Positions 39,193-48,910 of a DNA stretch of 64,000 bases are shown one piece after another. Origin of the DNA: Candidatus Curtissbacteria bacterium (GTDB lineage: Bacteria > Patescibacteriota > Microgenomatia > Curtissbacterales > GWA2-41-24). Within the stretch, counting starts at the first letter, position 1; each line of letters starts with the position of its first letter. The notes beneath the pieces were generated by a model, which was not told where the DNA came from, made no database searches, and was given only the letters and a program-made list of their open reading frames with translations. The translations under genes and the position numbers were made by a program. The stretch is taken from NCBI GenBank assembly GCA_030647775.1, contig JAUSJC010000010.1:264927-328926 (forward strand), in the 5' to 3' direction.

Positions 39193-40092
39193 ATGGATCA
39201 ACTAAAAATAGCGATTGTTGTCTTAAATTATAAAGGCTTGGGAGAAACGCTCGAATGTCTTGAGTCTTTAAGACGCTGTGCAAAAGGAAATTACAATGTC
39301 GAAATAATTGTTGTCGAAAACGGGTCGGATGACGGATCGGTTGAAGCGCTTTCCAAAATAAAGGACACACATTTTGTGGCAAATAATAAAAATCTAGGAT
39401 TCTCAGGAGGGATGAATAGCGGAATAAGATATGCGCTAAAAAGAAACGCCGATTATATTATCATTTTAAATAACGACACCATAGTCGACAAAAATCTCGT
39501 CGTAACTCTTGCTAAGTCGGCACAAAGTGCCGATATTGTTGCCCCGAAAATTTATTTCGCCCCGGGTTTTGAATTTCATAAGGATAGATACAAAAAGCAA
39601 GACCTTGGCAAAGTTATATGGTATGCCGGAGGTTCTATCGACTGGAAAAATATACTTGGAATACATACGGGAGTTGACGAGATAGACAAAGGCCAATTTG
39701 CAAAGTATAAAGAAATTGATTTCGCAACCGGCGCCTGTATGCTTATAAAAAAAGAGGTCTTTGAAAAGATTGGCCTTCTTGACGAAAAATATTTTTTATA
39801 TCTGGAAGATATGGATTTTTGTGTCAGGGTCAAAAAGGCAGGATTTAAAATAAAATTTTGCCCAGGAGCCATTTTATGGCATAAAAATGCCGTCTCTGCT
39901 GGCGGTTCCGGATCAAAACTTCAGGACTACTATATAACCCGCAACAGGCTTCTTTTTGCTTTTAAATACGCAAAGCCAAGGACAAAAATTGCCGTTTTAA
40001 AACAAATCATTTTACAATCCGGCGATCCTCTTAAAAGAAAGGCTCTGATTGACTTCTTAACTTTCAAATTTGGAGCAAAACAATTTACATAA
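39193..40092 (+). CDS. GT2 glycosyltransferase (rhamnosyltransferase-like)
   Basis: IAIVVLNYKG, then NNDT, and YLEDMDFC. Confidence 0.75.
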   Translation: MDQLKIAIVVLNYKGLGETLECLESLRRCAKGNYNVEIIVVENGSDDGSVEALSKIKDTHFVANNKNLGFSGGMNSGIRYALKRNADYIIILNNDTIVDKNLVVTLAKSAQSADIVAPKIYFAPGFEFHKDRYKKQDLGKVIWYAGGSIDWKNILGIHTGVDEIDKGQFAKYKEIDFATGACMLIKKEVFEKIGLLDEKYFLYLEDMDFCVRVKKAGFKIKFCPGAILWHKNAVSAGGSGSKLQDYYITRNRLLFAFKYAKPRTKIAVLKQIILQSGDPLKRKALIDFLTFKFGAKQFT

Positions 40093-40093
40093 C

Positions 40094-40879
40094 ATGAATA
40101 TCTCAGCCCTTGTTCTCGCTAGAAATGAAGAGGAAATGATCAAAGATTGTCTAAGTCAACTAAATTTTGTTGATGAAATAATTATTCTAGACCAGGGCTC
40201 AACAGATAAAACCCGCCAAATCGCCAAAAAATATACAAAAAAAATATTTACAACATCCTATGAATCATTTGCGAAAAATCGTGAAATCTTAGCTGCTCAC
40301 GCAAAAAGTGATTGGCTACTTTACATAGATGTCGACGAAAGGTTTGATAATGAGGTAATTGAAGAAATTAAAGAAGCTATCAGGCAGCAAAAATATCAGG
40401 CCTTCTACTTCCCCAGAAAAAACATCATTCTTGGAAAATGGCTCAGGCACGGCGGCTGGTTTCCGGATTACGTGCCGAAGCTTTTTGAAAGAGGTTCCTT
40501 AAAAGGTTGGACGGGGCAAGTTCATGAAAGCCCAAAGGTAGACGGGGCATTTGGATATTTCAAAACGCCCATTACGCATTTAACTGCCAGAAATTTAAGT
40601 TCGATGCTTGGAAAAACTATTAAATGGGCTAAGGTCGAAGCCGATCTGGCTTATAGTGCCAACCATCCCCGGGTAACAATCACCAGGGTTATTTGGGCAG
40701 CCGCCAAGGAATTCTCCGGACGTTATTTTGTAAAACTCGGTCTTCTGGATGGATTTATCGGTTTTATCGAAGCAGTCTATCAGGCCCTCCATCGAGCGAT
40801 AACCCTCGTCTATTTATGGGAAACACAAAATAATATTCAAGAATTGTTTGAAAAAACCAAGGACAAATTAAATGAATAA
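40094..40879 (+). CDS. GT2 glycosyltransferase (paralog of 38166)
   Basis: ISALVLARNEEEMIKDCL, YIDVDER, then WLRHGGWFPDY, which parallels WIRHSIWWPDY in the paralog. Confidence 0.7.
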   Translation: MNISALVLARNEEEMIKDCLSQLNFVDEIIILDQGSTDKTRQIAKKYTKKIFTTSYESFAKNREILAAHAKSDWLLYIDVDERFDNEVIEEIKEAIRQQKYQAFYFPRKNIILGKWLRHGGWFPDYVPKLFERGSLKGWTGQVHESPKVDGAFGYFKTPITHLTARNLSSMLGKTIKWAKVEADLAYSANHPRVTITRVIWAAAKEFSGRYFVKLGLLDGFIGFIEAVYQALHRAITLVYLWETQNNIQELFEKTKDKLNE

Positions 40880-41621
40880 GCACAGCTTTTCTTCGAATAA
40901 GCACAGCTTTTCTTCGAATAAGCATGGCTTTTCTTCGAATAAGCACTTTCTTTTTTACGACACTTATGAAAGACATAAAAAAATCGGCGGTTTAATCAAA
41001 AACGGTGAAACGGTACTGGATGTTGGCGGAGCCGCCAATCACCTGTCACAATTTGCCAAACCACGGAAGATTATCACTGCCAACCTGTCCGGTGGCGAAA
41101 ATTCCGATGTGATAATTAAGGGAGACAAATTACCTTTTAAAAATAATTCTTTTGACGTTGTTTGTTCAATTGATGTCCTTGAACATCTTCCCAAAAATGA
41201 TAGAGCGAAATTCATTAAAGAGTTAAAAAGGGTAGCAGCCAAAAGAATTATCTTGTCTTTTCCCATCCAAACCCCCCAGCATGAGGCCTACGAACGCCAA
41301 ACCCAAGAATGGCTCCAGTCCAAGGGGAAAGATGTCACCTATTTGAAAGAACACATAAAATTTGGACTTCCGGAAAAAGATGAAATCTTAAATATAACAA
41401 AGGGCCAAAAAACTGCTATGATTTATTCCGGCAATACCAATGTAAATAAATTCCTTTTCATGCTATTTATATTTGATCCAAGATTAAAATTCATAAGAAA
41501 ATTAACGTACTGCGCCAAACTTGTCTTTAATTTGGTAACGAACAGGTTGTTTTATGAGATCCTATCCAATAAAAAATTTAGAAAATCGGTAAATCGCGCC
41601 TACTTAATCATTGAAAAATGA
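40872..41621 (+). CDS. Class I SAM-dependent methyltransferase with a repeat-encoded N-terminus
   Basis: Motif I VLDVGGAANH and motif II FDVVCSIDVLEHL. The only in-frame ATG is at 40872, so the NKHSFSS repeats are translated if this start is used. Confidence 0.7.
   Translation: MNKHSFSSNKHSFSSNKHGFSSNKHFLFYDTYERHKKIGGLIKNGETVLDVGGAANHLSQFAKPRKIITANLSGGENSDVIIKGDKLPFKNNSFDVVCSIDVLEHLPKNDRAKFIKELKRVAAKRIILSFPIQTPQHEAYERQTQEWLQSKGKDVTYLKEHIKFGLPEKDEILNITKGQKTAMIYSGNTNVNKFLFMLFIFDPRLKFIRKLTYCAKLVFNLVTNRLFYEILSNKKFRKSVNRAYLIIEK
40874..40950. repeat. 21-bp tandem repeat gaataagcacagcttttcttc, about 3.7 copies
   Basis: Three full units (40874-40894, 40895-40915, and 40916-40936 carrying a ca-to-tg variant) plus a partial fourth. 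The array starts at the upstream stop codon and encodes (NKHSFSS)n at the methyltransferase N-terminus. Confidence 0.9.
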
Positions 41622-42667
41622 AATTTGGTTTTTATAGTCCTTATCTTGACACGTTTGGTGGGGGGGAGAGATATATGCTGTCCCTTGCCTCTCATCTTGC
41701 CCAAAACCATTTAGTTGATATTTTTTGGGATGATGTAAATATTAAACCTCCACTGGCGCGATTTTTAAAAATAGATCTTACTAAAACGAGGTTTGTTAAA
41801 AATATTTTTGCAGAAAGTTTAGCCAAAAGGGCATTTGCAATGCTTGGCTATAATTTAATTTTTGTTCTTTCCGATGGCTCTATTCCCTCCACATTCGCGC
41901 CCAAAAATATTCTTCATTTTCAAGTGCCATTTAACTTCCAGGGGACAAGCCTTAGCAATAAGCTGAAATTAAAAAGATATAACTACGTTGTCTGCAACTC
42001 CAATTTTACAAAAAAATTTATAGACAAGAGTTTTAATGTTAACTCAATAGTTATATACCCCCCAGTCGATATCCAATCAATAAAACCGGGGAAAAAAGAA
42101 AATTTAATAATTTCAGTCGGCCGTTTTAGCGCCCACCAGCTTCATCCCAAAAAGCAGGAAGTATTGATAGAAATATTTAAAGAACTTTCAAAAAAGGCAA
42201 AGGGATGGCGTCTTGTTTTGGCAGGGCAGGCAAAAAAAGAAGACGAGAAATATTTACGGCAGCTCAAAAAGGCTTGTCGCGGTTTTGCTATCAGAATAGA
42301 AGAAAATATGCCGATTGAGGAATTAGGGAAATTATATTCGCAGGCATCAATCTATTGGCACGCGACTGGATTTGGCGAGGACGAATTAAAAAACCCCGAA
42401 AAAATGGAGCACTTCGGAATTTCTACTGTTGAAGCTCAGGCTGGCGGTGCGGTTCCGGTAGTAATCGATAAAGGGGGGCAAAAAGAGATAGTCCAAGAAG
42501 GCAAAAATGGTCTTCTTTGGACGACAAAAGCCCAGCTTTATGAACAAACTTTAAGGCTGATTAACTCACCCGATCTCATCGAAAAACTTTCCCTGGCGGC
42601 TATTAGAAATAGTAAAAGATTTGACCAGGAAAAATTCTTCCGCAAATATGGAGAGATCATTTTATAA
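41618..42667 (+). CDS. GT4 (GT-B) glycosyltransferase
   Basis: C-terminal EHFGISTVEAQAGGAVPVV, matching the E-x7-E motif. Confidence 0.8.
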   Translation: MKFGFYSPYLDTFGGGERYMLSLASHLAQNHLVDIFWDDVNIKPPLARFLKIDLTKTRFVKNIFAESLAKRAFAMLGYNLIFVLSDGSIPSTFAPKNILHFQVPFNFQGTSLSNKLKLKRYNYVVCNSNFTKKFIDKSFNVNSIVIYPPVDIQSIKPGKKENLIISVGRFSAHQLHPKKQEVLIEIFKELSKKAKGWRLVLAGQAKKEDEKYLRQLKKACRGFAIRIEENMPIEELGKLYSQASIYWHATGFGEDELKNPEKMEHFGISTVEAQAGGAVPVVIDKGGQKEIVQEGKNGLLWTTKAQLYEQTLRLINSPDLIEKLSLAAIRNSKRFDQEKFFRKYGEIIL

Positions 42668-44981
42668 TAATATCTTAGGCCTTTTAGTAACCGTCCTTCT
42701 TATTTTGGCTTTTTTTCTTCCAGGCGCGTTTAAAGGTAAATTCCCAATCCCTGCAGATGCACTTATCAATCTTTATCATCCCCTAAGAGATATATCCCAA
42801 GACGGCTATAGTCCGGGCAGGTTCCCGGCAAAAAATACTCTCATTACCGATCCGGTTCTTCAAACTTATCCATGGAGGTTTACGGCAGTCAGCGATATGA
42901 AGTCTGGCAATTTTCCGCTATGGAATCCCTACAATTTTTCCGGCCAGCCGCTTTCAGCCAATATCCAATCCGCGCCCTTTCAAATCACAAACATTTTGTT
43001 TCTTGTTCTTCCTTTTAAAATAGCATGGTCAATCCAAATTATTCTTCCAGAAATCCTTTTGGGGGTTTTTATCTATTTTTACTTACGGTTTGGGCTCAAT
43101 CTTTCTATTATCCCATCGGTTTTTGGCGGTTTTATAGCACCTTTTACCGGTTTTTTTGTTGCTTGGATGACGTGGGGAACTGTGGTTACAACTGCCATGT
43201 GGCTGCCCCTAATTTTGCTTTCAATAGAACAAATTTTCAAAAAATCTCCTCTTTGGATAATTATCCTGATTCTTAGTGTCTCTCAAACAATTTTCTCCGG
43301 TCATTGGCAAACTGCCCTCTATGTTCTTGGCGCAAGCACCGTCTATATAATTTTTAAAATTGCCCAATTCAAAGATTATAAAAGATTAGGAGAAGTTGTA
43401 TTTGCGCTAATAGTTTCAGTTTTAATTACAGGCGTTCAAATCCTACCCGCCTTCGAATTTTTAAAATATTCTGCCAGAGGCTTGGATCAAGCCTTTACTT
43501 CCGGTAGACAAGATTGGTTTTTACCGCCTCAGCATCTAATCCAAATGATCGCGCCGGATTTTTTTGGTAATCCGGCAACGGGTAATTACTGGGGAATTTG
43601 GAATTATGGAGAATTTGTTTCCTTCATTGGCATCGTTCCGTTGTTTTTGGTAATTCTTGCTTTTTTCAAAAGGAATAGGGGAACTTACTTCTTTATCTTT
43701 TTAGCTGTAACATCTCTGGTTCTAGCTCTTCCCAATCCGATTTCAAAAATTCCCTATCTCTTAAACCTTCCGCAAATATCCTCCATGCAGCCCTCCAGAA
43801 TAATTTTTTTATTGGATTTTTCACTAATAATCCTTGCTGCTTTTGGGCTGGAGTTTCTGCTTAAGGAGAAAAAAATCAAAAAGATACTTTTTTCTGCACT
43901 CCCAATCATATTTATATCAATAGTTCTCGCTCTTGCACCACTTCTGGCAAAGGGTTTTTTCCCAAATATAAACGGTATAGATCCGATATCAATATCTTCA
44001 AGGAACGTAGTGATGCCGCTTTTTACCTCAATCCTATTACTGCTCATTATTTTTGTGAAAAAGATAACCACAAAAAAGCATTATTTGGTTTTAATCATCT
44101 TTTTGATAACGGCGTTTGAACTATTCAGGTTCTCTTACAAGTTCACGCCATTTTCAAAACTATCATGGGTTTTCCCCCAGACAAAAACACTGACATATTT
44201 AGGGTCTCAGGAAAAACCGTTTAGAATAATTACCACCGACAGAAGAATCCTTCATCCAAACTCATCCGCCGCTTACGGCATCGAGTCGATTGATGGTTAT
44301 GACCCCCTGTACCTGCTCAAGTATGCAAAATTTATCTCTGCCCTGCAGTCAAATAGCGTCCAGTCAGCCGTGTCTTCTTACAATAGAATCATTACGCCCC
44401 AAAAAATAGAATCGAATCTCACCAATCTTCTAAACGTAAAATATATACTTACTTTTAATGAATTTAAAAACCCGGATTTTGTAAAAGTTTTTGAAGAGGG
44501 GGAAACAAAAACATATTTGAATAAAAAATCTCTGCCAAGGGCGTTTTTTGTTAGTAGTGTGGAAAAACAATCAACCGACGCAGGAGAGCTTGCAAAGCTT
44601 TTGGACAAGAATTTCGATATTGCCTCTCAAGCAACATCGAAGGATTTTTCGTTTCCAAGACAAGTTCTTATCGGTCAAGTAAAAATTAATTCTTATAGCG
44701 ACTCTTCAATAACCCTAAAAACGTCGCTTGATAAAGAGGCCCCTCTAGTTTTAACAAATATCAATTACCCCGGTTGGAAAGCAGAAATTGACGGGAAAGA
44801 AACAAAGATAAATGAAGTTGATTTTATGTTCCAATCGGCATTAATCCCGGCAGGTGAACATATTGTTGATTTCAAATACAAGCCCCAATCCTTCTATAAT
44901 GGGTTATACTTAACTCTAGCTGGAATAGCGATTTCAATTGCAAGCTTAATCTTTTTATGCCGCAAAAAATATCTGTCGTAA
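42621..44981 (+). CDS. YfhO-family GT-C membrane glycosyltransferase (paralog 2)
   Basis: FPLWNPYNFSGQPLSANIQS, and the C-terminal INYPGWKAEIDGKETKI is YfhO-like. It is a clear paralog of 25349..27754. The exact start is uncertain by 1 nt in my counting. Confidence 0.7.
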   Translation: MTRKNSSANMERSFYNNILGLLVTVLLILAFFLPGAFKGKFPIPADALINLYHPLRDISQDGYSPGRFPAKNTLITDPVLQTYPWRFTAVSDMKSGNFPLWNPYNFSGQPLSANIQSAPFQITNILFLVLPFKIAWSIQIILPEILLGVFIYFYLRFGLNLSIIPSVFGGFIAPFTGFFVAWMTWGTVVTTAMWLPLILLSIEQIFKKSPLWIIILILSVSQTIFSGHWQTALYVLGASTVYIIFKIAQFKDYKRLGEVVFALIVSVLITGVQILPAFEFLKYSARGLDQAFTSGRQDWFLPPQHLIQMIAPDFFGNPATGNYWGIWNYGEFVSFIGIVPLFLVILAFFKRNRGTYFFIFLAVTSLVLALPNPISKIPYLLNLPQISSMQPSRIIFLLDFSLIILAAFGLEFLLKEKKIKKILFSALPIIFISIVLALAPLLAKGFFPNINGIDPISISSRNVVMPLFTSILLLLIIFVKKITTKKHYLVLIIFLITAFELFRFSYKFTPFSKLSWVFPQTKTLTYLGSQEKPFRIITTDRRILHPNSSAAYGIESIDGYDPLYLLKYAKFISALQSNSVQSAVSSYNRIITPQKIESNLTNLLNVKYILTFNEFKNPDFVKVFEEGETKTYLNKKSLPRAFFVSSVEKQSTDAGELAKLLDKNFDIASQATSKDFSFPRQVLIGQVKINSYSDSSITLKTSLDKEAPLVLTNINYPGWKAEIDGKETKINEVDFMFQSALIPAGEHIVDFKYKPQSFYNGLYLTLAGIAISIASLIFLCRKKYLS

Positions 44982-45877
44982 TCCCTAACTTCAACGGCGC
45001 AAATCTGCTATCTAAAAATTTACCGCAAGTTTTAAAAAACTGTCCCGGATGTCAAATAATTGTTGTCGATGATGCTTCCACCGACAACTCGGTTTCCATT
45101 CTCAAAGAAAAGTTTAAAAACATTAAACTGCTCATTAACCCCGAAAACCTCGGTTTTTCGGGAGCAGTCAATCGAGGGATCAAGAACTCCAGTGGTGATT
45201 TAGTTTTACTCTTAAACTCCGATGTTTCCCCAAGAATCGGTTTTTTAAAACCCACACTCGACCGCTTTAAAGATAAAAAAGTTTTCGCTGTCGCCCTGAA
45301 TGATTGCAGTCACGAGGGAGGGAAAATTATTGAGAGAGGGAAGGGAGGAGCCAATTATAAAAAAGGATTCTTAAACCATTTCGCGGCCAGAATCGGAGAA
45401 GGGGAAACCCTTTGGGTTTCCGGTGGATCCGGTCTTTTCGTCAGGGAAATCCTAAATAGGCTTGGGGGTTTTGATCCGATTTACTCCCCTTTTTATTGGG
45501 AAGACATAGATCTCTCTTTTAGAGCCCGCCAAAACGGATATATTTGCATTTTTGAACCGGCATCAAAAGTTGATCATTACCACGAAGAAGGTGCTATTAA
45601 AAAAACGAGAAAACCTTTCGAAATAAAGACTATCTCATATAGGAACCAATTCATTTTCATCTGGAAAAACTTTTCAGATCCTATTTTCCTGGTTCAGCAC
45701 TTATTATGGTTTCCTTACCATTTGCTAAAAGCGATTATGTCCAAAGACTTTGCTTTTTTCTTGGGTTTTACCAAAGCGCTTGCAAAAATTCCCCAAATAG
45801 TTCAAAATCCCCAGTATCGGGTTAGCCCAAAGGCTGTTTCCGACAGGGATGTTATTAAGAAATTCGAAAAACCATAA
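44957..45877 (+). CDS. GT2 glycosyltransferase
   Basis: ISVVIPNFNG, the D-x-D of VDDASTD, NSDV, and YWEDIDLSFR. Confidence 0.75.
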   Translation: MPQKISVVIPNFNGANLLSKNLPQVLKNCPGCQIIVVDDASTDNSVSILKEKFKNIKLLINPENLGFSGAVNRGIKNSSGDLVLLLNSDVSPRIGFLKPTLDRFKDKKVFAVALNDCSHEGGKIIERGKGGANYKKGFLNHFAARIGEGETLWVSGGSGLFVREILNRLGGFDPIYSPFYWEDIDLSFRARQNGYICIFEPASKVDHYHEEGAIKKTRKPFEIKTISYRNQFIFIWKNFSDPIFLVQHLLWFPYHLLKAIMSKDFAFFLGFTKALAKIPQIVQNPQYRVSPKAVSDRDVIKKFEKP

Positions 45878-46637
45878 TATTCTTTGGGAATCTTCCAAAA
45901 AGCCTAAAATTATCGTTGTTCTGCCTGCATATTTTGCCGAAAAAACCGTCAGAAAAACCTACGACGATCTCCCAAAAGATCTTATATCCGAAATCATCTT
46001 AGTCGACGACGCCTCAAAGGATAAAACCGTAGAGGTTGCTAAAAAGCTTGGCCTTTCGGTTTATATCCACCCCAAGAATAAGGGTTATGGTGGAAACCAA
46101 AAGACTTGCTACGATCAGGCGCTAAAGAGAAATCCCAGCGTTGTTGTTATGGTCCATCCCGATTATCAGTACGACCCCAAACTTTTAGGAATACTCTGTG
46201 AGCCAATCGTCAACGGTAGGGTAGATATAATGTTGGGTTCGCGAATTCAGAGCCGGCGCCAAGCCTTAGCAGGCGGTATGCCGCTTTATAAATATTTTTT
46301 CAATAGGTTCCTAACAATGCTGGAAAACATAGTTCTTGGAATAAATCTATCAGAGTTTCATACTGGTTACAGAGCATTTTCCTCCAAATCTTTAAACATG
46401 TTACCTTATCACAAATTTTCTGACGACTTCGTCTTCGATCAGGAGATTTTAATTTCGGCAGTCTCTTATGGTTTAACAATTTCAGACACGCCGGTTCCAT
46501 GCAAGTATTTTCCGGAAGCATCATCAATAAACTTTAAAAGATCAACTACATATGGGATCATGACTCTTTGGACACTTTCTCTTTATGTCATGCACCAGGC
46601 AGGTTTAATAAAAAGTAAATTCTTCAAGAAGATCTAA
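45849..46637 (+). CDS. GT2 glycosyltransferase (Dpm1/GtrB-like)
   Basis: IIVVLPAYFAE and the D-x-D of VDDASKD. Confidence 0.7.
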   Translation: MLLRNSKNHNILWESSKKPKIIVVLPAYFAEKTVRKTYDDLPKDLISEIILVDDASKDKTVEVAKKLGLSVYIHPKNKGYGGNQKTCYDQALKRNPSVVVMVHPDYQYDPKLLGILCEPIVNGRVDIMLGSRIQSRRQALAGGMPLYKYFFNRFLTMLENIVLGINLSEFHTGYRAFSSKSLNMLPYHKFSDDFVFDQEILISAVSYGLTISDTPVPCKYFPEASSINFKRSTTYGIMTLWTLSLYVMHQAGLIKSKFFKKI

Positions 46638-47637
46638 ATCTCTCAAGTAATTTCAAGAAGCCTGTTTTTGTTTCCTCCGTTACAGTAATTAGGACCAAGC
46701 CTTCGTTGGGTTGTCCGTAAACGATTCGCCACCCAAGCGGCGCCAAAATTGTTGCCGGCAAAACTGCGAGGTCTTCTTCACCAATAATTTCTATGACAGA
46801 ACCGTCATTCTTATTAGCAATATTTTCCTTTATACTTCTCGAAAGTTTCCGCTTGATTGTCGAAGCTGGATTTTGAATAATCTCAAACTTTTGGTTCTTT
46901 GAAAACCCCAAATCCGCAATATCCTCAAAAATCTTTTTTCTCCCGACCTTTAAATCAACAATCGAAAGCCTTGGCACAATTCCCTTTTTCAGAAAATTGA
47001 AAGTTGTTTCATCTCCAACAGCGATGACTTTACTTGGTAAGACTCGAGATTTAAGGTCGTCAATATCCCCAAAGAGTTCCCCGTGTGGCACCGAAAGTTC
47101 AATACGCAGGTTTTCCGGCAGATAATAATCCTTATTGCCTATTTTTGAAAAGTAACCGCTGCCGTCTCGATCGATTTCCCCAAGACTTATTCTGCTTGAA
47201 GAAATAGGTTTATTATCATCTGCCATAACAATTGGGAACACTAAAACTTTCAAAGAGGCAAGCCCCAGCCGTGTTCTTTTCTTGTTAATCAAAGCCGCTC
47301 CTTCCTGTGTGAGTTTGGTTACGGCAATCCCATCAATTGTTATATCTGAAACTGTACTGCCGAAGACATCGTCAAGTAAAATCGTTTTTGACCGTTTGTC
47401 AAAACCTTTCGCCCTTAAATAATTATTTAGCTCTGCCAACCGCAGCTTGAGAGGCCGGACGTTTAATTTTTCGCTTGATATAAATTTATCGGTTGTAATC
47501 CCAATAGAAACAGCCGCCGCTTTGGAAAAGGCAAAATCCAAAAAAGCTTTATGTCCCAGATGTAAATAATCAAAGGTTCCGCCAAGTGCCAAATGATTAA
47601 ATGGGTACCCCATAAATGTTAATCTTAGCTCCCCCAT
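46624..47637 (-). CDS. Bifunctional archaeal-type PPAT / DUF359 (GTP-dependent dephospho-CoA kinase-like) protein
   Basis: The N-terminal half has a cytidylyltransferase fold with the HxGH motif (GGTFDYLHLGH). The C-terminal half carries GDETTF and GEEDLAVLPA, which I recall as DUF359 signatures. Start taken at the internal ATG (MGELRL) to avoid overlap with the convergent... rather, the divergent pyrC-like gene. Confidence 0.55.
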   Translation of the reverse strand: MGELRLTFMGYPFNHLALGGTFDYLHLGHKAFLDFAFSKAAAVSIGITTDKFISSEKLNVRPLKLRLAELNNYLRAKGFDKRSKTILLDDVFGSTVSDITIDGIAVTKLTQEGAALINKKRTRLGLASLKVLVFPIVMADDNKPISSSRISLGEIDRDGSGYFSKIGNKDYYLPENLRIELSVPHGELFGDIDDLKSRVLPSKVIAVGDETTFNFLKKGIVPRLSIVDLKVGRKKIFEDIADLGFSKNQKFEIIQNPASTIKRKLSRSIKENIANKNDGSVIEIIGEEDLAVLPATILAPLGWRIVYGQPNEGLVLITVTEETKTGFLKLLERFRSS

Positions 47638-47660
47638 CTTAAATTTGCTAGAATTAACTC

Positions 47661-48734
47661 GTGTCCAAGCTTGACAAAATTCTGAAATTACCAGGCTTGG
47701 TTGATGTCCATGTTCACCTTCGGGAACCCGGAGCAACCCAAAAAGAAGATTTCCGAACCGGAACCATGGCAGCTGTCGCTGGTGGTTATACCCAGATTTT
47801 AGATATGCCCAATAACACACCGCCAACAACAAGTCCTAATGCTCTAAATCAAAAAATTGATTTGGCAAAGGGTAAAATTTGGTGCGATCTAGGTTTTAAT
47901 TTCGGAGCAACTGCCTCTTCCACAAAATATTTTAGAAAGATTGAGAATAAAGTTTTCGGCCTTAAAGTTTATATGAATCAAACAACCGGACCGCTTCTTG
48001 TCGAGAGCGAAGAAGATCGGGATTTGATATTCAAATCATGGCCTTCTTCTTTACCGATTATGGTTCACGCAGAAGGGGAGACCGTGGAAATAGCTATCAA
48101 GCTTGCTAAAAAATACCATAAATCACTTCACGTTTGTCATGTAACGGCAGATCAAATTAATGCAATCGAAAACGCAAAAAAGGAAAACGTTTTGATAAGC
48201 TGTGAAGTTTGTCCCCATCACCTTTTTTTGAATCAATTTGACATTCAAAAACTGGGGCCGTTTGGTTTAATGAAACCGCCGCTGCTTTCCAAAAAAGATC
48301 AAGAAAAACTCTGGAGTAAAATGGATAAAATCGATATGATATCAACCGACCACGCACCTCATACAAAAGAAGAAAAGATGAATCAGCCTGGCCCTAAGTT
48401 TGGTGTTCCCGGTCTTGAAACAACGCTCCCGCTTCTTTTAAAAGCCGTTGAAGAAGGCAGAATTTCGCTTGAAAGATTAATCGAAATGACCGCAACAAAT
48501 CCCAGGAAAATCTTTAAAATTCCAACTCAAAAAAATACTTACGTTCTTATCAATTCAAAAATTACTTATAAAATTTCTAACAAAAATTTATTTACAAAAT
48601 GCCGCTGGACTCCCTTTGTCGGTATGGAAGGCAGGGGAGAAATACAGAAAGTTATTATCCGCGGCAAAACGGTTTATGAGAATGGTAAATTTATTGGCAG
48701 ACCCATAGGCAAAGTAATCTATCCTCGTATTTAA
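47661..48734 (+). CDS. pyrC: Dihydroorotase-like amidohydrolase
   Basis: LPGLVDVHVHLREPG, DMPNNTPP, and STDHAPH. Confidence 0.8.
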   Translation: MSKLDKILKLPGLVDVHVHLREPGATQKEDFRTGTMAAVAGGYTQILDMPNNTPPTTSPNALNQKIDLAKGKIWCDLGFNFGATASSTKYFRKIENKVFGLKVYMNQTTGPLLVESEEDRDLIFKSWPSSLPIMVHAEGETVEIAIKLAKKYHKSLHVCHVTADQINAIENAKKENVLISCEVCPHHLFLNQFDIQKLGPFGLMKPPLLSKKDQEKLWSKMDKIDMISTDHAPHTKEEKMNQPGPKFGVPGLETTLPLLLKAVEEGRISLERLIEMTATNPRKIFKIPTQKNTYVLINSKITYKISNKNLFTKCRWTPFVGMEGRGEIQKVIIRGKTVYENGKFIGRPIGKVIYPRI

Positions 48735-48892
48735 TGTAGCGATTTTAAAACATCAAAAAACCAGGCCAGTAAACTTTCATTTTTCACCAGCACACTTTTT
48801 TCAGCAAGCACTCTTTCTGAGTCAGGAATCGAAAGATCTATGTTTGATTCACCGATCACCGGCCTGCCGATCGAGTTTAAATAGGCAGTTGT

Positions 48893-48901
48893 GCTACAAT
48901 T
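48893..48901 (+). promoter_or_regulatory. Extended -10 element (TGcTACAAT) close to the GTG start of the next gene
   Basis: tgctacaat at 48893-48901 with a GTG start at 48911. If used, the mRNA would have little or no leader. Confidence 0.25.
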
Positions 48902-48910
48902 TCAAAAATT

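Noticed and set aside
42601-42670. Apparent 1-nt frame inconsistency at the start of the second YfhO paralog
   Set aside because: This is most likely my own miscounting of a T-run (tcatttttat) by eye. The ORF track gives a continuous 786-aa protein, so I did not call a frameshift.
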